Shown one piece after another: positions 9,952 through 18,215 of a DNA stretch of 64,000 nucleotides. Both the position numbers and the translations under genes were made by a program. The notes beneath the pieces are model-generated. The model did no database searches. It saw nothing but the letters and a program-made list of their open reading frames with translations, and was not told the origin of the DNA. This DNA is from Planctomycetota bacterium (GTDB taxonomy: Bacteria; Planctomycetota; UBA11346): contig JBBQSO010000025.1 of NCBI GenBank assembly GCA_038213805.1, positions 1 through 64,000 of the forward strand, written 5' to 3'. Numbering within the stretch: the first letter of the stretch is position 1; each line of letters starts with the position of its first letter.

Positions 9952-10690
9952 GGCGAGATCCGGGATTGGGCGCGGCGGCGCCATCGGTGGTAGGCGCGGG
10001 CGGTGCGGATCCCGGCTGCGCGTGCATGGTCGCAGCCAGCGCCTGCAGGCGCTTGTAGACTGCGATCGAGGTCAGGCTCTGGTCGAGCGCCGGACCCGCC
10101 TGGTAGGCGATGTGGTAGTACGCCAGCGCAGTGGCGAGCGCGGCCTGTGCCGCGGCGGGCGCGGCAGCGTTCTCGGCGATCGCCACGTCATGGATGGTCA
10201 GGCCGGTCAGACCGGGATCCAGGCGCGCAAGCGCCGGTTCGAGCGCGTGATCGACGAAACGCATCACCGGCCACGGTGGCGCGCCGTGGCGCAGCGGGTA
10301 GACCAGCACGATGTCACGGTGCGCGAGTGGCGCGGCGAGCGCGAAGCGCTCGTCGAGACGCTGGGTCTCGCTGGCGATGCCGGCTTGGCGCAGGGCCAGC
10401 GCCAGATCTGTAGCGATGCTCTGCGGCGCCAGGATGTTGTCGGTCTCCGCGGCCATGCCCTGGATCTCGGCGAGGTCGACGGCCTGTCGCGTCGGCCAGG
10501 CCGCGGTGTAGAGGATCAGCGGACCGGGCGCCTGCGCCGGCAGCGGCGGGCCTCCGTCGGCGGGTGGCAGTGCGCGACGCGGGCCGCGGTTGGTGAGCAG
10601 CACCAGCACCAGTGGAATCAGCCAGATTGCCAGGGCGAAGCCGGTCACCAACGCCCAGCGGAGCACGTTCCGCCGCGGTGCGCCGCTCAT
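9944..10690 (-). CDS. membrane-anchored flavodoxin-like protein
   Basis: N-terminal TM anchor; 'LILYTAA...SIATDLALAL...DIVLVYPLRHGAPPWPVMRFVD' resembles flavodoxin 'divvgsPvy.g.....v..f.d'; ATGA overlap with the upstream stop. Confidence 0.55.
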   Translation of the reverse strand: MSGAPRRNVLRWALVTGFALAIWLIPLVLVLLTNRGPRRALPPADGGPPLPAQAPGPLILYTAAWPTRQAVDLAEIQGMAAETDNILAPQSIATDLALALRQAGIASETQRLDERFALAAPLAHRDIVLVYPLRHGAPPWPVMRFVDHALEPALARLDPGLTGLTIHDVAIAENAAAPAAAQAALATALAYYHIAYQAGPALDQSLTSIAVYKRLQALAATMHAQPGSAPPAPTTDGAAAPNPGSRHE

Positions 10691-11649
10691 GCGGCGGCCT
10701 TTGCCGCGGTGGCGATGGGGTGGACGCGCGCGGCCAGGCGCGGGTCTGCGAGCAGCCCGCCAGTGTGCGCCTGCGCCCACAGCGGCAGGGCACCGCTGCG
10801 CTCCGCCAGCGCGGCCGCGTCGGCGCGCGCGAGCAGGCAGCAGTCGCTGGCGCGGATCCCGGCCTCCAGGCAGGTGGCGGCCAGTACCGAGACGGTGCGC
10901 AGCCCGCCGCCCGCGGGCTGGCCGCTCTGCGCGTCGATGAGGTGCGACACGGGCCGCCCTGCGAGCACGCGGCCGCGCACGCCGTTGCCGCTGGTGGCGA
11001 GTGCCTCGTCGCGCAGTTCAAGCGCTGCCGCGGCGCCGGGTAGGGCGATCCACCAGCCGCCGCGGCCGGGCTGGCGGCCGCGCGCCGCGCAGTCGCCGCC
11101 GAGTTCGACCAGGCAGTCGGCGAGGCCGGCGGCGGCGGCGCGCGCCAGTACCCGGTCGACCGCCCATTCCTTGCCGACACCACCGAGGTCAAGGGCCATA
11201 CCGGCGCGTGGCAGCGCGACCTGGTCCGGCGTCCGCAGGACCGCGTTCCAGTCGACCAGCGCGCGCGTCGCGGCCAGCTCCGCAGCACTTGGCCAGGTCG
11301 TGCGCGCCGCATCGTGCCAGCAGCGCCACAGCGGCAGGATGGTGGCGTCCAGGCGGCCATCGCTCAGTCGCCAGGCGAGCGCCGCCGCGTCCAGCACCGC
11401 AGCGAGATCCACGTCGGGTTGCACGCCCCCGGCGCCGGCGCGCGCATTGAGCTGACCGATCAGGCTGTCCGCGCTGAATCGCGTCAGCCGCCGCTCGACA
11501 TCGCGCAGCCACGCCACGGTCGCCGCGACGAAGCGCGTCGCGCACTCGGCGTCGACGCCCGCGACGCGGATCCGCCCGGTGCTGCCGAACACCTGAAAGC
11601 GGAAGCCGTGGACCCGACCCGGGCTGGCGTCGACCAGCGCCGCGCTCAC
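10687..11649 (-). CDS. apbE: FAD:protein FMN transferase (ApbE family)
   Basis: DLGGVGKEWAVD, ELGGD, ATSG and SHLIDAQSGQP motifs; GTG start overlaps the upstream TGA (GTGA). Confidence 0.85.
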   Translation of the reverse strand: MSAALVDASPGRVHGFRFQVFGSTGRIRVAGVDAECATRFVAATVAWLRDVERRLTRFSADSLIGQLNARAGAGGVQPDVDLAAVLDAAALAWRLSDGRLDATILPLWRCWHDAARTTWPSAAELAATRALVDWNAVLRTPDQVALPRAGMALDLGGVGKEWAVDRVLARAAAAGLADCLVELGGDCAARGRQPGRGGWWIALPGAAAALELRDEALATSGNGVRGRVLAGRPVSHLIDAQSGQPAGGGLRTVSVLAATCLEAGIRASDCCLLARADAAALAERSGALPLWAQAHTGGLLADPRLAARVHPIATAAKAAA

Positions 11650-13469
11650 GGCGCCTTGCCCTGGTCCTGGTAGCCGATCAGGCGGCGCAGCTCGTCGATG
11701 TGGCTTGCGCCGACCTCGCGCGGGGTGGCGTTGTGGCGCTTGCACAGCGCCGCGGCGTAGCCGGTGGCGATACCCATCTGCGCGGTGGTGCGCTGCACGC
11801 GCGGTCCGCCCAGGCCGACGTGGGTGCAGCTGATGCAGCGCCCGGCCATCATCAGGTTGGCGATGGTCTTGGAATACAGGCAGCGGAAAGGCAGCCAGTA
11901 GGTGCCGACCTTCATGAACATCGCCTCGCTGAGGAAGTCGACCGGCAGCCCGGTGAGCACGCGCTGGTAATGCACGTCGACGTTGCGCACCTCCTCGACC
12001 ACCGCGTCGGGGAATTTGCGGTTCTCGCTCATGTCCTTCAGCGAGTAGATGTAGTCGCCCATCAGGCGGCGCGATTCGCGGCGGCCCGAGATGAAGCCGA
12101 CCCAGTCGAGCTCGCGGCGCGCGTGCTTGGGGTCTTTCTTGGCGTTGGCGAAGCTGCCGTAGAGGGCGCGGAACATGTGGTCGCGGATCTCCTCGCCGTC
12201 CGCGATCTGGTCGAGATCGGGGCGTGCGAACTCCCACTGCCACTCGCTGGTGACCGCGGCATTGTTCTTGGCCACCGGCATCGCCCAGGGCACCGCGGGG
12301 AAGGTGCTGGGGGAATCGCCTTCCTTCGTGCGCCACAACACCGACACGCCCATGGTGACCTTGTCGGGCTGCTCGGGCGACCACAGCGCGTCATGCTTGT
12401 CCCAGCCCTCGTCGAACTCGTGGCGGCTCTCGCGGCCGTAGCGGAACTCGGCGCCGGCGCGCACGCCCAGCCAGGCGTCGCCGGTGCAGTCGATGAACAC
12501 CGGCGCGCTGCAGCGCAGACCCTCGCCGGTAAGGTTGTGGTGTGCATCGCAGCTGGTGATGCGCCCGCCCGCCACCTGCACGTCGTAGAGCCGCCACTGC
12601 AGGAACTGCACGATGCCTTTTTCGGCGTCGATGGTGGCCTGGCGCTTCCCGTCATCGACCAGCGATTCCGCCGAGCCGTTGCCGTCCTTCCAGTGCTTGG
12701 TGTCGATCGCTGCGACCATGCCCTGGTTGCGCCCGGCGATGCCTTCGGGATGGACGCGCACCTCGCTGCTGGCGTTGCCGCCGAACATCGGCCGGTCGTG
12801 GAGCAGCGCCACGCGCAGTCCCGACCTAGCCGCCGCCAGCGCCGCGCCGCAGCCGGCCAGGCCGCCGCCCACCACCACCACGTCGAAGCTCTCCTGACGC
12901 TTGGGCACCTCTGGGATGCCCATCAGCTGGCGCCGCCACGCCAGCATCGGCTTGACCTCGGCCGGCGGCACGAAGGCCGCGTCCTGGGTGAAGAACAGCG
13001 CGTCGCAGCGGCCGGCGAAGCCGGTCAGGTCGCGCAGCTCAAGCGCGGTCTGTGCCGCTGTGATCGCAACCGTGCCGCCGCGCTGCCAGGCCCAGCCGGG
13101 CTCGGTGCCGAACACCGTGGCAAGCGGCTGACCGGCGACCGCGACCTGGAAACGGCCGGGCGCGTCCCACGCGCCGGGGCACCAGTTGCGCGTGCGCACC
13201 CAGCAGTGGTAGGTGCCGGTTGCGGGAAACAGCGCGGTGGTGCGCGCCGGTGCGACCGGCTTGCCCAGGCCGTGCGCGAGCAGGTAAGGCGAGCCCATCA
13301 GATCCTCGAACTGCGGATCGAGGATCCAGCCGCCGTGATCACTGAAGGCGCGCGCCTCAAGCAGCAGGCAGGCCGCGCCATGGCTGCCGGCGGGATCATC
13401 GAAACCGAGCGCGGCGAGCGAGATGCCGGCGGCGCAGGTGGCGAGGAAGTCGCGGCGGGAGAGGGGCAT
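11646..13469 (-). CDS. Tat-exported FAD-dependent oxidoreductase (FAD_oxidored family)
   Basis: Tat motif SRRDFL; GGGLAG dinucleotide motif; GGNASSE, FIDCTGD, RRESRRLMGDY and NLMMAGRCISCTH motifs. Confidence 0.9.
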   Translation of the reverse strand: MPLSRRDFLATCAAGISLAALGFDDPAGSHGAACLLLEARAFSDHGGWILDPQFEDLMGSPYLLAHGLGKPVAPARTTALFPATGTYHCWVRTRNWCPGAWDAPGRFQVAVAGQPLATVFGTEPGWAWQRGGTVAITAAQTALELRDLTGFAGRCDALFFTQDAAFVPPAEVKPMLAWRRQLMGIPEVPKRQESFDVVVVGGGLAGCGAALAAARSGLRVALLHDRPMFGGNASSEVRVHPEGIAGRNQGMVAAIDTKHWKDGNGSAESLVDDGKRQATIDAEKGIVQFLQWRLYDVQVAGGRITSCDAHHNLTGEGLRCSAPVFIDCTGDAWLGVRAGAEFRYGRESRHEFDEGWDKHDALWSPEQPDKVTMGVSVLWRTKEGDSPSTFPAVPWAMPVAKNNAAVTSEWQWEFARPDLDQIADGEEIRDHMFRALYGSFANAKKDPKHARRELDWVGFISGRRESRRLMGDYIYSLKDMSENRKFPDAVVEEVRNVDVHYQRVLTGLPVDFLSEAMFMKVGTYWLPFRCLYSKTIANLMMAGRCISCTHVGLGGPRVQRTTAQMGIATGYAAALCKRHNATPREVGASHIDELRRLIGYQDQGKAP

Positions 13470-13642
13470 GGCGGGCTCGCGGGGGGTGGTCGTAAATCGC
13501 TCTATTAGCAATATACTGGCGATGGCGGGCTCCGTTCAACCGCGAACCGCATGGGTATGGGTGAGGTGCGCCTGGTAGGATACCGTGCAAAAACGCGCCC
13601 GGGCGCAGGCGATCCTGTGCCGCGGAGTCCGGGGCACGCGAC

Positions 13643-14365
13643 CTACTTCCTCCTGCCGCCTCCGCCGCGTGCCGGCCGCTCGCTCGAGGCGCGCAGGGCC
13701 TCCGCGATGACGTCAGAGATGCCACGTAGCCGCTCCCCCAGGTCCTTGGGCTGGTGTTTGGTCAGGTCGGCGATGAACGCCAGGCCGGCGATGGGTACCT
13801 GGTCCCTGCCGCCGAAGATGGCCACCGCTACCGAGCCGTGGACCTGATCGTCGTTGCGGCGGATCGCATAGCCGTCCTTCCTGGCCTTGGTCCGGGCGGC
13901 GGCGGAATTCGCATAGGGGCCGAGCTTCAGATGCGCCTCCATGATCAGGCCGATGCTGGAGTCATCTGCCTGGTAGGGCGCAAACGCTGTCAACCCGGCA
14001 TCGAGGCTCTCGGCCATGCCCGCGTGTAGCAGATAGCACACCTGGCCGCGCCAGAGCACGCCGATCGCCACGCCCAGGCCGTCGCGCTCGATGCCCCGCA
14101 GGATGGGTAGCGTCACCGTCAGCAGCCGCGAACCCTGCAGGCACTGGGCGGCGAGGACGTGCACGCCGGGACCCGGCAGGTAACGCCGGGATGAGTTCTG
14201 CTCCGCCAGCCCGAGGTCGCGCAGCGTCCCGAGCAGCCGGTTCGCGCGCGTCGGATCCCACCCCAGCGCCTTCGCCGCATCGCTGGTACCCAGCTGGCCG
14301 GTGGCGCAGAGCAGGCCCAGGAGCGCGATGCCGTCAGCCAGGGATTGGTTCGGCTGCGCGGTCAT
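13643..14365 (-). CDS. IclR family transcriptional regulator
   Basis: 'PNQSLADGIALL...ANRLLGTLRDLGLAEQNSSRRYLPG' HTH, followed by a GAF-like effector domain. Confidence 0.85.
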   Translation of the reverse strand: MTAQPNQSLADGIALLGLLCATGQLGTSDAAKALGWDPTRANRLLGTLRDLGLAEQNSSRRYLPGPGVHVLAAQCLQGSRLLTVTLPILRGIERDGLGVAIGVLWRGQVCYLLHAGMAESLDAGLTAFAPYQADDSSIGLIMEAHLKLGPYANSAAARTKARKDGYAIRRNDDQVHGSVAVAIFGGRDQVPIAGLAFIADLTKHQPKDLGERLRGISDVIAEALRASSERPARGGGGRRK

Positions 14366-14625
14366 GCGCGAGACTTGTGCGGATTCCAGGCAGGGCAACG
14401 GATACCAGCGATGGCTGCGCTGCAGGGCTGGAGGGGTGAACCGCGACCTTGACCGGGGTGCGGTGTCGGCGGCGATGGCACAGATGGCGACTACGAGTGT
14501 CAGGTCCGGCGGGAACCCGGCAAAAGATTCAGCGGCCCGGTCCCCTCGGATCGACAGCGCTGGCCCGCCCTGGTATGCTCCAGAAGGCGGTGATATATTA
14601 CGGCCGCTCCAGGGAATCTTCCGCC

Positions 14626-15336
14626 ATGTCCAGCCCCGCGCTGTCGCTCTGCATCCTCGCCCTGCTCGCCTGCGCGCTCACCGCGCCGGCCGCGGACGCC
14701 AAGAAGAAGGACGACGCGCCCGATCTGCCCAAGGTGCTGATGGCCACCCCCGGCAAGCTGCTGCTCGACGAGCCGTTCACCGCAGAGAGCTGGAAGAAGA
14801 ACTGGAGCGCTTACAAAGGCGACTTCCAGAGTGTCGGCGATCAGCTGCGCGTGGCCGAAAAGCCCGCGGACGGCCACCATCCCGAAGCCAGCCACCAGGG
14901 GCCGGTGCACAACGTCATCGTGCGCTTCAAGTTCAAGTACGACGGCTGCAACTGGATGGGATTTTCGTTCAGCGACAAGGAGCACGTCGCGCGCATCATG
15001 ATCCAGAGCGACGGCTTCGAGCTGGTCAAGATGTCGGGCATCGGGCCGACCACCAAGGGCCAGCGTCTCGACCGCGTGACCGTGAAGTGGGATCCCACCA
15101 AGTGGTACACCATGACCATCGAGCTGCTCGCCAACGAGCTGATCGCCTCGGTCGATGAGCAGTACGTGCTCTACGGCACCGCCGATGGCCTGGACATCGA
15201 CAAGGGCCGCATCGCGCTGATCGTCGGCGGCCAGTACGGCTGGTACGACGAGCTGAAGATGTGGGAGGCGCTACCGGATGCCCGCTGGGCGAAGCGCAAG
15301 CCGCTGGTGCAGGTGCAGAAGGACAAGCACAGGTAG
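14626..15336 (+). CDS. secreted beta-jelly-roll (ConA/DUF1080-like) hypothetical protein
   Basis: Signal peptide; 'GKLLLDEPF', 'FKFKYDG', 'KWYTMTIELL' and 'YDELKMWE' beta-sandwich pattern. Confidence 0.7.
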   Translation: MSSPALSLCILALLACALTAPAADAKKKDDAPDLPKVLMATPGKLLLDEPFTAESWKKNWSAYKGDFQSVGDQLRVAEKPADGHHPEASHQGPVHNVIVRFKFKYDGCNWMGFSFSDKEHVARIMIQSDGFELVKMSGIGPTTKGQRLDRVTVKWDPTKWYTMTIELLANELIASVDEQYVLYGTADGLDIDKGRIALIVGGQYGWYDELKMWEALPDARWAKRKPLVQVQKDKHR

Positions 15337-15340
15337 GGAT

Positions 15341-16627
15341 TCAGCGGCCGCTGTCCCCCATGAATGGCGGCGCGGAAGGCCCTACGCTGGCGGCGCTGGT
15401 CGTCCCCGCTGTGGCGGTGTGCAGCGGCGCGGGTGCTGCGTGCGGTGCGCGCAGGCTGCGGCGCACCGCCCACATGGCCCGCCCCAGGGCCAGTGCGGCC
15501 GCACCCCCCAGAGCCAGGACGACCACAAGCGCGTTGCCGGAGGTGCCGGCCCCGAGCACCGCGACGAGAATCATCGCGGTGTCGAGCGCGGTAAGCACCA
15601 GAATGGCGCGGAAGGCGCCAAGGGCCTCAAGGTGGCCCTTGGCCAGGGCGAATGCGAGGCGCAGGCCAGTGGCCACCCCCAGCCAGCGCAGCATGGTGCC
15701 GGCGTCTCGCCACTTATCGTGCCACACCAGTTCCATGGCCAAGGGACCGGCGACCATCAAGATGGCTACCAGCGGGCCGATCAGCATGAGCAGGCGGCGG
15801 ATCTCCCGGCGCGAGACCGCGGCGAACTCGTCGCGGCGGCCGCGGGTCGCGATCAGGCGCGGGATCGCCTCCAGGGTGATCAGCGGCAGCAGCAGCACGG
15901 TCAGTTGCGCGGCGATGCGGTTGGCGAAGGAGTAGTTGCCGGCGTCGGCGGTGCTGCACAGCCGGCCGATCGCGACCGCCGAGCAGCTCAGTCCGATGCC
16001 CACCAGCAGGCAGATGCCGAGCGCAGCGCCGAGCATTTTGGCGATCGGACGCCCCAGCCGGAAGGGACCAGGCGCCGGCCCGGGGTGCAGCGCGAAGACC
16101 AGCCCCAGCGAGGCAAGTGCCGCTGCGGCCTCACCCATCACCAGGCTCCAGGCGCCGGCGCCGAGCCAGGCGCCGCCGACCACCACCACGCTGCGCGCAA
16201 GGCCTTCACAGGCGCTGGCCCCGGCCAGGGCGCGACTGCGCCCGGCGCGCGCCAGCAGCGCGATGCGCACGTTGCCGAGCACGCGTGGCACCGCCAATGC
16301 GGCGAGGCAGGCAAGCGGCGCCAGCGCGACGCCGAGACCGAGAGCGGGGATGGCGGCGGCCCCAACCGCCAGCAACCCACCCGCAAGCGCGCCGACCAGC
16401 AGCCACGAGGTTATCCGCGCCGCGGTACCGTGCGGATCGACGTGGTCCTGCAGCGCGATGCGGCCGAGATCGCCGGACTGGAAGGGCGTGGCCATGATCG
16501 CCAAGCCGGAGGCCACGGCGAACAGGCCAACCTGCTCGGGCACCAGCAGGAAGCCGACCAGCAGCTGGGTGGCCACGGTCAGGACGCGGTTGCCGAGATT
16601 GGCGACGAGCAGCCAGGGGATGATCAC
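15341..16627 (-). CDS. oligosaccharide flippase (Wzx/MOP family)
   Basis: Many TM helices; 'LLVPEQVGLFAVA' and 'AGNYSFANRIA' motifs; GTGA overlap with the GT gene. Confidence 0.8.
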   Translation of the reverse strand: MIIPWLLVANLGNRVLTVATQLLVGFLLVPEQVGLFAVASGLAIMATPFQSGDLGRIALQDHVDPHGTAARITSWLLVGALAGGLLAVGAAAIPALGLGVALAPLACLAALAVPRVLGNVRIALLARAGRSRALAGASACEGLARSVVVVGGAWLGAGAWSLVMGEAAAALASLGLVFALHPGPAPGPFRLGRPIAKMLGAALGICLLVGIGLSCSAVAIGRLCSTADAGNYSFANRIAAQLTVLLLPLITLEAIPRLIATRGRRDEFAAVSRREIRRLLMLIGPLVAILMVAGPLAMELVWHDKWRDAGTMLRWLGVATGLRLAFALAKGHLEALGAFRAILVLTALDTAMILVAVLGAGTSGNALVVVLALGGAAALALGRAMWAVRRSLRAPHAAPAPLHTATAGTTSAASVGPSAPPFMGDSGR

Positions 16628-17763
16628 GCGGCCCGCCCGAGGTAGACGTCGACCAGCCGGCTGGCGCAGGTCGCGCTGGCGAAGCGCGAGGTGATATGCG
16701 CCGCGATCTGCGCGGGCGCGCTGTCGCGATAGGCGGCTACCAGCTTCGCGCGCACATCGTCGATCGAGTCCGGATCAACCAGGTGGCCGACCTCGCCAAA
16801 GTAGTCCGGCGGCCCGCCCCTGTTGGTAATCACCACGCCGCAGCCGCGCGCGGCCGCCTCGAGCGCCGCGAGCCCGGTGCCTTCGTGCATGCTGGGCAGC
16901 GCGAACACCCGTGAGCGGTAGTAGAGCTCGTCGCGCTCCTCGGAGCTCAGGAAGCCGCGGATGGTGATGTTCGGGAACGGCCCGGCCGCGGCCGCCACGC
17001 GCTTCAGTTCAAGCGGCCCGCACGATCCGGCGATGGTCAGCGGCAAGCCGGTCGGTCCGACGGCGGCAATAAGGCGCAGGACATTCTTGCGCGCCTGCCC
17101 AAAGGCGCTGAGGTGGAAGATGCCCTCGCGGTCGGTGCCGGCGGCGCGGCGCACATCGATAGGCGCGACGTCGATGCCAAGATGCACGAGGTGGACCTTT
17201 TCCCGTGCGATGCCCAGTCCGACCACAACGCGCCGCTGTTCATGGCGCGAGCGCACCACCACCGCGTCGGCGAGCCGGCACTGCCTGCGGAACTCGCCGG
17301 GGGTGGTATGGATGCGCGGAACCAGCGATCCCAGCAATGCGGCCAGCCGGTATGCGTGCAAGGCCTGGTTGGAATCGATGATCGGCGAATAGACCAGTCG
17401 CCGCGGTTCGACTTGGGCGACCGCGTCGATGCCGACCATGGGCAGCCCGCCATAGAAGAAATGGACGACGTCCAAGGAGCCTCGCTCTGGCGTCTGCCAC
17501 GGCGAGCACAGCTCCACCTGATGGCCGAGGGCGAGCAGTCCGCGCTGCTTGAGCAGTGCCTCCTGACGGACTCCGTTACCGCGCGTGAAGGTGAAGTGCG
17601 AGGGCAGTACGAAGCCGATACGCATCATGGTCATGGCGCCCCCGGTCGCGGGGTATGGGCTGGGCAGCCGCTCAGTGATGGTGGGCAGGTACAATTGTGC
17701 ACATAGTATCAGCAGCAACGCCGCTGCGACAGCGCGGATTGGCCGCAGCCTCAACTTATTCAT
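16624..17763 (-). CDS. glycosyltransferase family 4
   Basis: 'RKNVLRLI' and 'VFALPSMHEGTGLAALEAAARGCGVVITNRGG' (EX7E); start either 17763 or ~17634. Confidence 0.9.
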   Translation of the reverse strand: MNKLRLRPIRAVAAALLLILCAQLYLPTITERLPSPYPATGGAMTMMRIGFVLPSHFTFTRGNGVRQEALLKQRGLLALGHQVELCSPWQTPERGSLDVVHFFYGGLPMVGIDAVAQVEPRRLVYSPIIDSNQALHAYRLAALLGSLVPRIHTTPGEFRRQCRLADAVVVRSRHEQRRVVVGLGIAREKVHLVHLGIDVAPIDVRRAAGTDREGIFHLSAFGQARKNVLRLIAAVGPTGLPLTIAGSCGPLELKRVAAAAGPFPNITIRGFLSSEERDELYYRSRVFALPSMHEGTGLAALEAAARGCGVVITNRGGPPDYFGEVGHLVDPDSIDDVRAKLVAAYRDSAPAQIAAHITSRFASATCASRLVDVYLGRAA

Positions 17764-17768
17764 AAATA

Positions 17769-17777
17769 ATTATAACA
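17769..17777 (-). promoter_or_regulatory. extended -10 promoter element (TGtTATAAT)
   Basis: Minus strand reads ...ctgTGtTATAATtatttATG in a short, strongly AT-rich patch. Confidence 0.55.
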
Positions 17778-18215
17778 CAGTATCTTACGTATTTTTTTCA
17801 GGGCAAGGTGCCCGCTCCTTTCCGGGGCTGCTCCCTGGGCAGCGCCGCGCTTACTACTGCGGCGGGCACAGCCTCCGGGTCGGGTTCACCCACGACCTTC
17901 ACAAGCGCAATCACAAAACTTGTGATGCGCGCGGAGGCAAACGACCAAACCTCAATAAAGTGCAGATCGCAACACGCGCCGTACCTGGTGTCGGCTCGGG
18001 CGGTTCGGAACCCTCCTGACCAGTACGCCAGTGCGCCATGGGTGGAGGACAACGTTGGCTATCCGGGGAGGGGGCGTCGATCTCCGCAAGGTAGCCAGGT
18101 GCACGAACCCACCTGCAGCTCAGTGCAGCAGATCAGACCTCAATCGCCGGCCCAGATGCTCGTCCACTCGACGCGTGGCGCCGTGATGGTTGATATCCGG
18201 AGCTTACAGGATCTC

